A stretch of DNA of 64,000 nt from Candidatus Omnitrophota bacterium (GTDB taxonomy: Bacteria; Ratteibacteria; UBA8468; MWAK01). The translations under genes were made by a program, and so were the position numbers. The stretch spans positions 32,001 to 96,000 of the forward strand of contig JBDRQI010000030.1 in the NCBI GenBank assembly GCA_043826355.1, read 5' to 3'. This document shows positions 1-9,712 of the stretch, one piece after another (positions within the stretch are counted from its first letter, which is position 1; every line of letters starts with the position of its first letter). The notes under the pieces are model-generated. The model searched no databases. It saw only the letters and a list, made by a program, of their open reading frames with translations, and had not been told where the DNA came from.

Positions 1-630
1 ACCGGGAGCGGGATACTGGCCAGCGCCCTGGCCATGGACAAAATTATTTTAAAACAACTTTTAATCTCGGCCGGGTTGCCGGTTCCGCCCGCCTGTCACC
101 CCCCTTCCTTTCCGTTAGTTGTCAAGCCGGCTCACGGTGGGTCTACGCTGGGAATCTCAATTGTCAAAAGAAAAACTGACTTGGTCTCTGCCCTTGAGCT
201 TGCCCGAAAATACGATGCCCGAATTTTAATAGAAAAGTTTATCCCTGGAAATGAAATTACCATCGGTATTTTGGGTAATGAAAATCCCCGGATACTGCCT
301 GCCGTTCAGATTGTGCCGGCCGGCGGTTTTTATGATTACCAGGCAAAATATACGCCGGGCGGCAGCCGGCATTTGATACCGCCGGAACTGCCGCGGAAGT
401 GGGTAAGTCAAGCAGGTAAAGTGGTGCTTGCCGCTCACCGGTTATTAGGTTGCCGCGGGTTTTCGCGCAGCGAGGTTATCATCGACCAAAAAGGTAAACC
501 TTATCTTTTAGATGTTAATACGATACCGGGTTTCACCGCAACCAGTCTTTTTCCGGAGGCCGCAGCCGCGGCCGGTATTTCGTTCGGAGAATTAACCGGA
601 CAGTTAGTGGAATTGGCCAGAGAAAAATAG
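1..630 (+). CDS. ddl: D-alanine--D-alanine ligase (5' end outside window)
   Basis: Frame open from base 1: TGSGILASALAMDK, VKPxxGGS, EKFIPGxE, FYDYQAKY, VNTIPG; upstream of ftsQAZ. Confidence 0.95.
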   Translation, partial: TGSGILASALAMDKIILKQLLISAGLPVPPACHPPSFPLVVKPAHGGSTLGISIVKRKTDLVSALELARKYDARILIEKFIPGNEITIGILGNENPRILPAVQIVPAGGFYDYQAKYTPGGSRHLIPPELPRKWVSQAGKVVLAAHRLLGCRGFSRSEVIIDQKGKPYLLDVNTIPGFTATSLFPEAAAAAGISFGELTGQLVELAREK

Positions 631-637
631 AGCGCTC

Positions 638-665
638 GGGTTTCTGTTTCGCGAAACAGAAACCC
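638..665. repeat. Perfect 28-bp palindrome GGGTTTCTGTTTCGCGAAACAGAAACCC
   Basis: Self-complementary; ddl-ftsQ spacer; no U-tract. Confidence 0.85.
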
Positions 666-717
666 TCGTTTGAAGGAGAACTAACTGCAACCACAAACAG
701 CCCAAAATTTTTAGTAT

Positions 718-1443
718 ATGAAGAAAAGAAGGGCGCGAAAATTCAAAAGCAGATACGCAAAGCAGGAAAATTATCAGAAACGTTTCTGGCGTTTTCTGGT
801 CTTTATGGCCGCAATGCCGGCGCTTATTTATCTCGTCTATTGCCTGTCCGACGGTATCCTGTATAGCCCGTTTTTCAAGATTAAAAAAATTACGGTGGAC
901 GTTTCAAATTTTGACCTTTCATCTTTTTACGGTCAGAACATATTTACCGTTTCCCTTGCGGAAATAGCTGACCGGGTCCGGAATGACCCCTGGGTTTCTG
1001 AAGTAACCGTTCACCGTACTTTTCCCGGCACCCTGCATGTTTCTGTTATCCCGCGGGTTCCTTTTGCGTATCTTGTGCTGCCGACTAAGCGTTTTCTGAT
1101 GACCAGGGATGGAATGATTGTTCCGGAGGAAAAATGTTCTGATAAACCGGCGTTGGAAATTTACGGCTTAACGCCGACTGATTTACCCGGTTCAATCTTG
1201 CCGGCTGTCTCGGTTTTTGACGATTGCCGTTCTTTGGTTTCTTTACAGTCAGTGGCATTTTTCCCCAGTTTCCTGACTCTTACCCTCAATACCGGAGAGC
1301 TGATTTATTTACCGAAAGAGTCTCTGAGAGAAAAACTACCCGTTTTTCGCCGGTTACTTGCTGAATTTCAAAAGAAAGGTTTAAGATATAAGTATCTTGA
1401 TCTGCGTTTTGACGACCCGGTTTTTTTGCCGGTATCGGAATAA
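718..1443 (+). CDS. ftsQ: Cell division protein FtsQ/DivIB
   Basis: Basic N-terminus, single TM, POTRA-like PWV..V.R.FPGTL, C-terminal YLDLRF; synteny. Confidence 0.9.
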   Translation: MKKRRARKFKSRYAKQENYQKRFWRFLVFMAAMPALIYLVYCLSDGILYSPFFKIKKITVDVSNFDLSSFYGQNIFTVSLAEIADRVRNDPWVSEVTVHRTFPGTLHVSVIPRVPFAYLVLPTKRFLMTRDGMIVPEEKCSDKPALEIYGLTPTDLPGSILPAVSVFDDCRSLVSLQSVAFFPSFLTLTLNTGELIYLPKESLREKLPVFRRLLAEFQKKGLRYKYLDLRFDDPVFLPVSE

Positions 1444-1452
1444 AACATAATA

Positions 1453-1478
1453 TCATTCCCGCGTGTATTAGGCGGGAA
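1453..1478. repeat. TCATTCCCG...CGGGAA palindromic repeat
   Basis: Same arms as copies at 36849 and 63707. Confidence 0.7.
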
Positions 1479-1494
1479 CCCAAACCTTAATCTT

Positions 1495-2712
1495 ATGGCA
1501 ACAAACGGAAACGATTTTTTGGCTGGTGTTGAAATTGGTTCGGATAAAACATCAGTTGTTGTGGCGACTCCCCAGGGAGACGGTTTTAAAGTTTTGGGGT
1601 TTGTCACCGTTCCCACGGTGGGGTTGAAAAACGGCGCGGTTACCAGCATTCCAGAATTGAGCGCTACGGTGGAAAAAGCCGTGATGGAAGCGGAGTCTTT
1701 ATCCGGTAAAGCGATTCGTTCCGTAAACCTGTGTCTTTTTGGGGATTATTTTCGCGTTGATAAAAGGCAGGGGTCTTTTGAAATCAGGAATCGCCAGGGT
1801 GAGGTGACGGAAACCGACCGGCAGGAAGTGGTTAAGAAAGTTTTTCCCGGCGCCTCTTCCGAATACGAAATCGTTCACACCATAGTGCAGGAGTATTTAT
1901 TAGATGAACGTCGGCAGATAAAGAATCCGGTAGGAATGTCCGGTGAACGTCTTGGTGTCGGTCTCTTTACGGTGATGGCAGTCGCTAAGCGGGTTAAAGA
2001 CCTGAAACGCTGCCTGGAAGAAGTAGGTCTGGAAACAAAGTCAATCTTTTTTGCGCCGTTGGTGGCGGCCAAAGCGGTTCTTACTCCGGAGGAGCTGGAA
2101 TCCGGGGTGGCTTATTTTGATTTTGGACGAAGCGCCTCCACTCTTTTAATTTTTGAACCTACACTACGGGAGATTGAGATCCTGGGTCGTGGGGGCGACC
2201 GGATTAATTATGCCCTTGCTGTTTGTCTCAAAACTACTTCCATTGAGTCGGAAAGAATCAAGAAGGAGTATGGTTCCTGCCTGCTGGATGTGGAACCCCG
2301 GGAATTATCGTTCGCTAACGTTCAAGGGGAATCGAAACAAACAACCAACCGCCGTGAGGTAGCCGAGATTATCGAGGCGGAATTAAAAGACATGTTGATT
2401 CCTTTTCAGTCGATTTTTCTGAAATACCGTCCGGTGTTTACCGCGGGTCTGGTTCTGGGCGGCGGCGGCGCTCTTTTGCCGGGTTTGCCGGAATTTCTGG
2501 AATCGGAACTGGAGATGCCGGTTCGAATCGGAACCGTTCCCCGGTTTCACGGATGGGAAAAAGTTTTGAAAAATCCGGCCTATAATGCGGTCTTGGGCGT
2601 CGTGCAGGCTGCGGCGGAAAAGCATACAGACAAAGACCAGAACGGCTCCCGGAAATCAGGTCTCAGGAAAGTATTTAGCAAAGCGAAACGTTTTTGGAAC
2701 GAGTTGTTTTAA
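1495..2712 (+). CDS. ftsA: Cell division protein FtsA
   Basis: Actin-fold motifs (EIGSDK, LGGGGALL), NPVGMSG, C-terminal amphipathic helix; synteny. Confidence 0.95.
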   Translation: MATNGNDFLAGVEIGSDKTSVVVATPQGDGFKVLGFVTVPTVGLKNGAVTSIPELSATVEKAVMEAESLSGKAIRSVNLCLFGDYFRVDKRQGSFEIRNRQGEVTETDRQEVVKKVFPGASSEYEIVHTIVQEYLLDERRQIKNPVGMSGERLGVGLFTVMAVAKRVKDLKRCLEEVGLETKSIFFAPLVAAKAVLTPEELESGVAYFDFGRSASTLLIFEPTLREIEILGRGGDRINYALAVCLKTTSIESERIKKEYGSCLLDVEPRELSFANVQGESKQTTNRREVAEIIEAELKDMLIPFQSIFLKYRPVFTAGLVLGGGGALLPGLPEFLESELEMPVRIGTVPRFHGWEKVLKNPAYNAVLGVVQAAAEKHTDKDQNGSRKSGLRKVFSKAKRFWNELF

Positions 2713-2763
2713 TTCGTATTTGCGGTAATCGGCGTTCGATTAGTTTGAACGAGAGGCGGAGAC

Positions 2764-3888
2764 ATGTTAAAAATTAAACCGGAAGAGAACAACACCGGAG
2801 TTAAAATCAAGGTGGTGGGTGTCGGCGGCGCCGGCGGTAACGCGGTCAGCCGGATGGTGGAGCGCCTTTCCGGTGTTGACCTGGTAGCGATTAATACCGA
2901 TAGCCAGGCATTATTTGCGGCGGCCGTTCCGATTAAACTCCAGATTGGCCGACGGTTGACAGAAGGTCTGGGTACCGGCGCTAATCCGGAAATGGGAAAA
3001 TTTGCCGCCAATGAGGACCGGGCGCAGATTTCCGAACTCTTAAAAGGGGTTAAAGTTGTCTTTTTAACCTGCGGACTCGGTGGCGGGACCGGGACCGGCG
3101 CCGGACCGGTAGTTGCCAAGATCGCCAAAGATAACGGCGCCATCGTAATCGGTTTCGTCACCCTGCCTTTTGCTTTTGAGGGTAACCTCCGGATGGAGAT
3201 CGCTCGCGAAGGACTTACGGAATTGCGCAAACACCTTGATACGCTGATTACAGTTTCCAACGAGAAGATATTTGAGATTGCTTCTCCGGATACGTCCCTG
3301 ACGGCTGCTTTCGCGATGGTGGATGCAATCCTTTACCAGGGGGTGGCGTCTATTTCCGACCTGATTACCCAGCCGGGCATTATGAACCTGGATTTCGCCG
3401 ACCTGCGCAAGATCGTGGAAGATGGCGGCGATGGTTTAATGGGGACCGGTTCGGCCGGAGAAGGACCTAACCGCCCGGAAGAAGCAGCCCGGATGGCTAT
3501 CAGCAACCCGTTCTTAAAGAGAGAAGAACTGGTCACCGCGCGCAGTGTTCTCATCAGCATCGCCGGCGGTGATAATTTAGGCATTTTTGATGTGCGTAAG
3601 GTTGCGGATACGATTTACGAATCGCTCACGCCCGAGGCCGAACGATTTTGTGGAACCGTGGTTGACCCGCGGTTGGGCAGCGCGATTAAAGTTACGGTAA
3701 TTGCCACCGGGTTAAAAAACGTTGATACCGCGTCCGACAAGAAAGAAAAGGAGAAGGAACAACTGGCACGCCAGCCGCGCCGAAAAGAAAAAGAGGAAAA
3801 GACGGAAGAAACTTCTATTTTTGCAACCCCAAGCATCCTGCATGATGAGCCAGCCATATTAAGGAGAAAAAGAGAGGCAGGAGTTTAG
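2764..3888 (+). CDS. ftsZ: Cell division protein FtsZ
   Basis: IKVVGVGGAGGNAV, GGGTGTG, NLDFAD, C-terminal peptide DEPAILRR. Confidence 0.98.
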   Translation: MLKIKPEENNTGVKIKVVGVGGAGGNAVSRMVERLSGVDLVAINTDSQALFAAAVPIKLQIGRRLTEGLGTGANPEMGKFAANEDRAQISELLKGVKVVFLTCGLGGGTGTGAGPVVAKIAKDNGAIVIGFVTLPFAFEGNLRMEIAREGLTELRKHLDTLITVSNEKIFEIASPDTSLTAAFAMVDAILYQGVASISDLITQPGIMNLDFADLRKIVEDGGDGLMGTGSAGEGPNRPEEAARMAISNPFLKREELVTARSVLISIAGGDNLGIFDVRKVADTIYESLTPEAERFCGTVVDPRLGSAIKVTVIATGLKNVDTASDKKEKEKEQLARQPRRKEKEEKTEETSIFATPSILHDEPAILRRKREAGV

Positions 3889-3910
3889 GGTAAAACATTT
3901 ATTTATTCAC

Positions 3911-4552
3911 GTGAAAATTTTAATTACCGCCGGTCCCACCCGGGAATGGCTTGACCCGGTCAGATTTATCAGCAATCCGGCTACCGGGAGATTAGGATAT
4001 CTGTTGGCGGCCGAAGGCAGGAAACGCGGCTACGAAGTTATTCTGGTCAGCGGTCCGACCCATATCGAGCCGCCGGGCGGAGTAGTTTTTGTCCCGGTGG
4101 AGAGCGCCCGGCAGATGGAGGCAAAGGTTCTGCAGTTTTTCCCGGAAGCAGATTGTCTTTTTATGACGGCCGCGGTGAGCGACTGGCGGCCGCGTTTCCG
4201 CCGCAACAAGATTAAACACAAAAAAGGAATCAAGCTGACTCTTTTTCCCAATCCGGACATCCTTTCTGCTTGCGGAAAGATTAAAAGGCCGGACCAGGTT
4301 TTAGTAGGTTTTGCGCTGGAAACCAGGCGCCTGATTGAGGAGGGAAAAAGGAAAATGAGGGAAAAACGGTTGGATTACATTCTGGTGAATGACCCGAATT
4401 TTTTTGGAAAAGAAAAAGGGAGACACGCCTCCTTGTTTATTTCGCGGAAAGGAAAAGTTATTGATTTGTCAAACCATTCCAAGGAGGATATCTCCCGTTT
4501 TCTTTTTGAGCACTGTTTAATTATCTGCAACAACCCTTCTTCGCTTTCTTAA
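3911..4552 (+). CDS. coaB: Phosphopantothenate--cysteine ligase (stand-alone CoaB half of CoaBC)
   Basis: ITAGPTRExLDPVRFISN, AAVSDW, NPDIL, VGFALET. Confidence 0.9.
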   Translation: MKILITAGPTREWLDPVRFISNPATGRLGYLLAAEGRKRGYEVILVSGPTHIEPPGGVVFVPVESARQMEAKVLQFFPEADCLFMTAAVSDWRPRFRRNKIKHKKGIKLTLFPNPDILSACGKIKRPDQVLVGFALETRRLIEEGKRKMREKRLDYILVNDPNFFGKEKGRHASLFISRKGKVIDLSNHSKEDISRFLFEHCLIICNNPSSLS

Positions 4553-4607
4553 CTTTTTTCTTGGCTGCTTTTTTGACAACTTTTTTCTTGGCTGCTTTTT
4601 TTGCCAC
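4521..4607 (-). CDS. 28-aa Lys/Ala-rich micro-protein MAKKAAKKKVVKKAAKKKVKKAKKGCCR (not in ORF track)
   Basis: GTG start 7 nt after GGGAGGTGA; histone-H1-tail-like KKAAK repeats; TAA stop. Confidence 0.75.
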   Translation of the reverse strand: MAKKAAKKKVVKKAAKKKVKKAKKGCCR

Positions 4608-4687
4608 TTTTAAATCACCTCCCTTATTGTTTTGCCCGTTGTATTTTTTAATTGGTTTTTTAGCATCAAACGCTTTTTCCAATAATT

Positions 4688-4741
4688 TTACTTTTTCTTC
4701 TTAGCTGTTTTCTTGGCTGCTTTTTTTGCTTTCTTGGCCAC
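4688..4741 (-). CDS. 17-aa Lys/Ala-rich micro-protein MAKKAKKAAKKTAKKKK (not in ORF track)
   Basis: GTG start after AAGGAGGTGA; same MAKKA start as the downstream micro-ORF. Confidence 0.7.
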   Translation of the reverse strand: MAKKAKKAAKKTAKKKK

Positions 4742-4823
4742 CGATATCACCTCCTTTTCAAAAAAATTAAAATGATTGCGTCAATTTATCAGAAACCGAC
4801 AAACAACCTTCACTTCTGGATAC

Positions 4824-4854
4824 ATAGTAAAACATATATCAAAACATTTGTCAA
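4824..4854 (-). promoter_or_regulatory. Candidate sigma70 promoter for the micro-ORF pair
   Basis: TTGACA (4854-4849) and TACTAT (4829-4824); the 19-nt spacer is long. Confidence 0.4.
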
Positions 4855-5072
4855 GTTTTTTTTTGTGTGTTAAAATAAACCGCGGGGAAAAAGTTGGTTA
4901 ATGCTAAGGAATATCGCATTTTTTTGGATGAGATTTATCGACGCTGTTATTTTTTTATCCGCATTTGGTAAGTGGGGGAAAGAATTTCGTTTTTCAATTT
5001 GCGTGTAAATATTGTGTAGTTGCCGGGTTTGTTTGGCATTTTTATTTTTTTCCTTAAACTGAGAGAGGTATT

Positions 5073-6332
5073 ATGCCTGATTTTGAAGTTAAAGATATAA
5101 ATCTGTCTTCGGAAGGCGTGCGTCGTATCGAATGGTCCGGCCGGGAGATGCCGGTGCTCTTTTCCATTCGCGAACGTTTTGAAAAGACAAAACCCCTGGC
5201 CGGCCGGCGCATCGGAGCTTGTCTGCATATTACCTCCGAAACGGCAAACCTGGCGATTACTTTGCAGGCCGGAGGCGCCCGGGTTTATTTGTGCGCTTCC
5301 AACCCGTTAAGCACCAACGATAGCGTTGCCGCGGCACTGGCCAAGGAATACGGCGTCGCTGTTTTTGCTTTCCGCGGAGAAGAAAGAGATGATTACTACC
5401 GTCACCTTTCTTCGGTCCTGAAGGCAAAACCGGAAATACTTATGGATGACGGCGCTGACCTTATCAGCGCGGCGCATCAGAAGGATGAAGCTTTCTGTCG
5501 TACCGTCCTGGGTGGAACGGAAGAGACCACCACCGGCGTAATTCGTTTTCGCAATCTGGAAAAAGAAGGTAAGATTCGTTTTCCCATCATTGCGGTTAAT
5601 GAGGCGTTGACCAAACACCTTTTCGATAATCGTTACGGAACCGGGCAGTCAACTATCGACGGTTTACTGCGGGCAACTAATGTTCTTCTGGCCGGGAAAA
5701 AAGTGGTGGTGGCCGGTTACGGATGGTGCAGCCGGGGAATTGCGTCCCGTGCCAGGGGCATGGGTTCCATCGTAATCATAACCGAGGTGGACCCGCTGAG
5801 AGCCCTGGAAGCGTCCATGGACGGTTTCCAGGTTATGAAATCGGCGGAAGCCGCTAAAATCGGAGATATTTTTCTTACCGCTACCGGCAACCGGACCGTT
5901 TTTCGGGAAGAACATTTCCGGTTGATGAAAGACGGCGTAATTCTGGGTAACAGCGGACACTTCGACGTGGAAATTGATATTCCGGCTTTAGATAAGATGA
6001 GCAAAAGCCGGCGCACGATACGAGAAAACCTGGAAGAGTTTCAGATGAAGGACGGCCGCCGCATCTATCTGCTGGCGCAGGGCAGACTGCTTAATCTGGC
6101 TGCAGCCGAGGGTCATCCTTCGTCGGTGATGGACATGAGTTTTGCCAACCAGGCCCTCTCGGCGGAATACCTGACCGTCAAAGGCAAAGACCTTAAGCCG
6201 GTCCTCTATCCGGTTCCCGAAACGATTGACCGGGAAGTTGCCCGCCTGAAACTGGCCGCTTCCGGAATTGAAATTGATACCCTGACGGCCGAGCAGGAGG
6301 AATATCTTTCGGCCTGGCGTCTCGGCACCTAA
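5073..6332 (+). CDS. ahcY: Adenosylhomocysteinase
   Basis: [55 protein letters not shown]. Confidence 0.98.
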   Translation: MPDFEVKDINLSSEGVRRIEWSGREMPVLFSIRERFEKTKPLAGRRIGACLHITSETANLAITLQAGGARVYLCASNPLSTNDSVAAALAKEYGVAVFAFRGEERDDYYRHLSSVLKAKPEILMDDGADLISAAHQKDEAFCRTVLGGTEETTTGVIRFRNLEKEGKIRFPIIAVNEALTKHLFDNRYGTGQSTIDGLLRATNVLLAGKKVVVAGYGWCSRGIASRARGMGSIVIITEVDPLRALEASMDGFQVMKSAEAAKIGDIFLTATGNRTVFREEHFRLMKDGVILGNSGHFDVEIDIPALDKMSKSRRTIRENLEEFQMKDGRRIYLLAQGRLLNLAAAEGHPSSVMDMSFANQALSAEYLTVKGKDLKPVLYPVPETIDREVARLKLAASGIEIDTLTAEQEEYLSAWRLGT

Positions 6333-6347
6333 ACCACTGTTTCGTTT

Positions 6348-6402
6348 CCCTCCCCTTGGCGGCTGAAAGTCCGCCTCTGGCGGGGAGGGGTGAGGGAAGG
6401 GG
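6348..6402. repeat. CCCTCCCC...GGGGAGGG-TGAGGG palindromic element with nested TCCGCCTCTGGCGG hairpin
   Basis: Related copies at 8060 and 41616; the nested hairpin is related to those at about 34069 and 60309. Confidence 0.65.
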
Positions 6403-6411
6403 ATTTGCGAC

Positions 6412-7371
6412 ATGCACTATTTAGTCACCGGCGGAGCCGGGTTCATCGGGAGCCACTTGTGCGAGTATCTGCTTTCGCACGGGCACCAGGTGACTGCGCT
6501 TGACGATTTGAGCACCGGCTGCCTGGAAAACATCAAGTCAATTCAAACCAACCCTGGTTTTCAACTGGTGGTTGACACCGTTCTCAACCGTTCCGGCCTG
6601 GAGAGTCTTGTTTCCAAGGCCGACATTATCTGTCATCTGGCGGCTGCCGTTGGCGTAAAAAATATTATTGAAAATCCGCTGCAGTCGTTGAAGACCAACG
6701 TGGAGGGCACGCTTAACGTGCTGGAAGCAGCCGTGCCATCAGGGCAGAGAGTTATTCTCACGTCAACCAGCGAAGTTTACGGTAAAAACGAAAACATCCC
6801 TTTTTCGGAAGAGAACGATCTGGTATTGGGTTCCACAACCATCCGGCGCTGGGGCTATGCTTGCAGTAAGGCGCTGGATGAATTTCTGGCGCTGGCTTAT
6901 TTTTCGGAAAAAAATGTCCCGGTGGTAATCGGGCGGCTTTTTAACACCATCGGGCCGCGGCAGACCGGCCGGTACGGGATGGTTGTGCCCAGGTTTGTCG
7001 GGCAGGCGCTGGCCGGGGAGGATATTACCGTTTACGGCGATGGCAAGCAGACCCGTTCCTTCACCTACGTCTCCGACGCGGTGGAAGCGCTTTATCTTTT
7101 TTCACAAAAGAAAAATATTATCGGCGGCGTCTTTAACATCGGGACCAAGGAAGAGGTTACAATTCAGGAATTAGCAAAAAGGGTAAAAATGTTATGCCGT
7201 AGTAACTCCCGCATTGTCCACCTGCCGCCGGAAGAGGCATACCAAGATGGTTTCGAGGATATGCGGCGCAGACTGCCGGATTTGTCCCGTATCAAAGAAG
7301 CGCTCGGTTACTCCCCCAAAGTTAACCTTGATGAAGCTCTCAAAAAAGTCATCGCCTCTTTTAGGGAGTAA
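6412..7371 (+). CDS. NAD-dependent nucleotide-sugar epimerase/dehydratase (extended SDR)
   Basis: [17 protein letters not shown], Yxxx[10 protein letters not shown]. Confidence 0.9.
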   Translation: MHYLVTGGAGFIGSHLCEYLLSHGHQVTALDDLSTGCLENIKSIQTNPGFQLVVDTVLNRSGLESLVSKADIICHLAAAVGVKNIIENPLQSLKTNVEGTLNVLEAAVPSGQRVILTSTSEVYGKNENIPFSEENDLVLGSTTIRRWGYACSKALDEFLALAYFSEKNVPVVIGRLFNTIGPRQTGRYGMVVPRFVGQALAGEDITVYGDGKQTRSFTYVSDAVEALYLFSQKKNIIGGVFNIGTKEEVTIQELAKRVKMLCRSNSRIVHLPPEEAYQDGFEDMRRRLPDLSRIKEALGYSPKVNLDEALKKVIASFRE

Positions 7372-7374
7372 ATA

Positions 7375-8028
7375 ATGGACATGAGTGAGATTTATCGGAT
7401 GCGCTTTACGGAATCCGATAAAGAGAAAAAAACAAAGATGTGGCAAGTTTTAGTAAGGCATTATCTTCAGCAATTTGTAAAGAAAGATTTCGTGGTTTTA
7501 GACCTGGGCGCCGGCCATTGCGAATTTATCAACGATATTATTTGCGGTAAAAAGTACGCGGTGGACGTTAATCCCGGGGTTAAGGACTACGCGGGCGCAG
7601 GGGTTGAAGCGCTAATCTCCGAAAGTACGGAAATTTCAGTTATTCCGGATAATTCAATTGACCTGGTGTTTTCCAGTAATTTTTTTGAACATCTGCCTGA
7701 CCGGGAAACAGCTCTTAAAACTTTACAGGAAGTCAGGCGGATACTGAAATTTCAAGGTTCAATCGTTCTTATTTCACCCAATATTGCCTGCGTGCGCTGG
7801 GAATTCTGGAATTTTTTCGACCATACTCTTCCGTTCAGCCATCAAGGTTTTTGCGAAGCCCTCGCCGTTTCCGGTTTTGAAATTAAAAAAGTGGTACCGC
7901 GTTTTCTTCCCTATACCACCAAAACCCGGTTGCCCCAATCTTCCCGGCTCCTCCGTTTTTATCTAAAATTCCCCTTGTGCTGGCGCCTTTTCGGAAAGCA
8001 AATGCTGATTGTGGCAGAGAAAAGATGA
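7375..8028 (+). CDS. Class I SAM-dependent methyltransferase
   Basis: VLDLGAG motif I, SNFFEHL. Confidence 0.85.
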   Translation: MDMSEIYRMRFTESDKEKKTKMWQVLVRHYLQQFVKKDFVVLDLGAGHCEFINDIICGKKYAVDVNPGVKDYAGAGVEALISESTEISVIPDNSIDLVFSSNFFEHLPDRETALKTLQEVRRILKFQGSIVLISPNIACVRWEFWNFFDHTLPFSHQGFCEALAVSGFEIKKVVPRFLPYTTKTRLPQSSRLLRFYLKFPLCWRLFGKQMLIVAEKR

Positions 8029-9584
8029 GTCGTAAATCATCTCCCCCGTCATTGAAAATCCTCTCCCCGCCGGGGAGAGGTGAGGTGAGGGGGGCAGGAC
8101 AGTCGTCCCACCTGTCATTGCGAGGCCGCCTTGGCGGCCGCGGCAATCTCATCCTTCTCGCCATTCTTCTTCTCGGTCTCACCCTCCGCCTCGCCTACCT
8201 TTCCGAATTTCGCCAGACCCCGTTCTTTAACGCCCAACTGCTTTCCGGGCTGGACCAGCGCACCTGGGACGAACTCGGCGCGAAGGCGATGACCTATCCC
8301 TGGTTTGTCGACGGCAGTCCTTTCTACCAGCCGCCCGGTTACGCCTATTTTCTGGCCGTAGTTTACCGTATTTTCGGTGTTCACAATTATCTGGCCGCCG
8401 GCATCATCCAGGTTCTGCTTGATTTGTTGGCCGCATTCCTTATTTTTCTTATCGGAAAACGGCTCTGGAACGATTGGGTCGGCTTGGTTGCCTGCGGTCT
8501 CTATTCTTTTTACCGGCCCTTTATCTATTACTCGGCTACGCTCCTGAGCGACAGTTTTATCCTCTTTACCAACGTTCTCTGTCTTTTTCTGATTTACTGG
8601 ACCTTGGAACGTCCGGAGCGGAAAGACCGTTGGCTGCTGGCCGGTCTGGGTTTTGGTCTGGCTGCTGTTGCCAAGCCCACCATCCTCTTTTTTCTCTTTT
8701 TGTCATTTCTGGTTGTCGTGATGAACCTGCGGAAGCAGGTGTGGCAATTTCGTCGTTCTTTTCTTCTCGGCTCTCTCCTTTTTATCGTCGGTTTTTCCCT
8801 GCTGGTTGCGCCGATTTTCATCCGTAACTCTCTTTTGGCCGGCAAATTTGTGACCATCTCTACCAATGGACCGGTGGCCTGGCGGTTCGGCAACAGCGCC
8901 GACAGCATCGGACTTTTTGTTTATCCCAAGGGACCGTTGCTCTCGCCGGCCTCCCTTGATTTCTGGAAATTGTGGGGAAGGAAGACCCTTTTCTTCTTCT
9001 CTTCTTACGAATGGCCGCAAAACCTGAATATCTACCTGTTGGCTTCCATAACCAAAACCCTGAAATTCCCCCTTTTTGGTTTTGGCCTTATCGTTCCGCT
9101 GGGATTAGTCGGATTTTTTACCGCATCAAATATAAAGTTTCGTTATCTTCAGGTTTACACGTTTGCCGGTGTCGTTTCTGTCGTGGCTTTTTTTATTACC
9201 GGTCGTTACCGGCTTCCGGCCGTAGCCGGTTTTATCCTTCTGGCCTCCGGCTATCTCTATTTCCTTTTTGAAAAAATCAGGTCATTGCGAGGAACGTTTT
9301 TTGTGACGCGGCAATCCCGTCGCCCGTTCGTCGAATCCCTCCATCCCGCCCGAGATTTAATTTCGGTTCTCTCCAGTCTTTTCGCTCTGGCAATCATTTC
9401 TTTCATTCTGGTTAATTCCTGGTCCGGCCCGCGCATCGGAGATGTCCATGTCAAAAATTACGCCTTTGTTACCCGAAAATCCATCGCTTATGATCAGGCA
9501 CACGGCCACGCCGCCCTGGCCCAAAAGAAGATAGTTACCTTCACCCGGCTTATTCTACAGTACCAATCCGGCCAACTCCCCTAA
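8025..9584 (+). CDS. GT-C fold (ArnT/PMT-like) membrane glycosyltransferase carrying in-frame palindromic repeats
   Basis: Multi-TM; PPGYAYFLA, IRN, NG...GN, RYRLP; ATG 8025 overlaps the upstream stop (ATGA). Confidence 0.8.
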   Translation: MSRKSSPPSLKILSPPGRGEVRGAGQSSHLSLRGRLGGRGNLILLAILLLGLTLRLAYLSEFRQTPFFNAQLLSGLDQRTWDELGAKAMTYPWFVDGSPFYQPPGYAYFLAVVYRIFGVHNYLAAGIIQVLLDLLAAFLIFLIGKRLWNDWVGLVACGLYSFYRPFIYYSATLLSDSFILFTNVLCLFLIYWTLERPERKDRWLLAGLGFGLAAVAKPTILFFLFLSFLVVVMNLRKQVWQFRRSFLLGSLLFIVGFSLLVAPIFIRNSLLAGKFVTISTNGPVAWRFGNSADSIGLFVYPKGPLLSPASLDFWKLWGRKTLFFFSSYEWPQNLNIYLLASITKTLKFPLFGFGLIVPLGLVGFFTASNIKFRYLQVYTFAGVVSVVAFFITGRYRLPAVAGFILLASGYLYFLFEKIRSLRGTFFVTRQSRRPFVESLHPARDLISVLSSLFALAIISFILVNSWSGPRIGDVHVKNYAFVTRKSIAYDQAHGHAALAQKKIVTFTRLILQYQSGQLP

Positions 9585-9619
9585 CGTTGTCATTGCGGCT
9601 CCATTCGGCAGGCTAGGCG

Positions 9620-9649
9620 TCCTCCTTCGCCAAGGCTTCGGCGGACGAG
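9620..9649. repeat. Short repeat TCCTCCTTCGCCAAGGCTTCGGCGGACGAG
   Basis: Its reverse complement resembles 52374-52403 inside the gspJ leader. Confidence 0.6.
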
Positions 9650-9671
9650 TCCCGCCTGTTATGCGTTACAT

Positions 9672-9711
9672 TTGACATTTTCGTTCTACTCGTTTAAAAT
9701 AGATTAAACGA
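9672..9711 (+). promoter_or_regulatory. Sigma70 promoter with overlapping palindromic operator
   Basis: TTGACA-17-TAAAAT; TCGTTTAA-N6-TTAAACGA at 9690-9711 covers the -10 and +1. Confidence 0.8.
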
Positions 9712-9712
9712 T

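Noticed and set aside
3911..4552. coaB as a truncated coaBC pseudogene
   Set aside because: Motifs are intact and split CoaB/CoaC genes are known.
4860..5072. SAH/SAM riboswitch upstream of ahcY
   Set aside because: AT-rich, with no recognisable aptamer motifs or stems.
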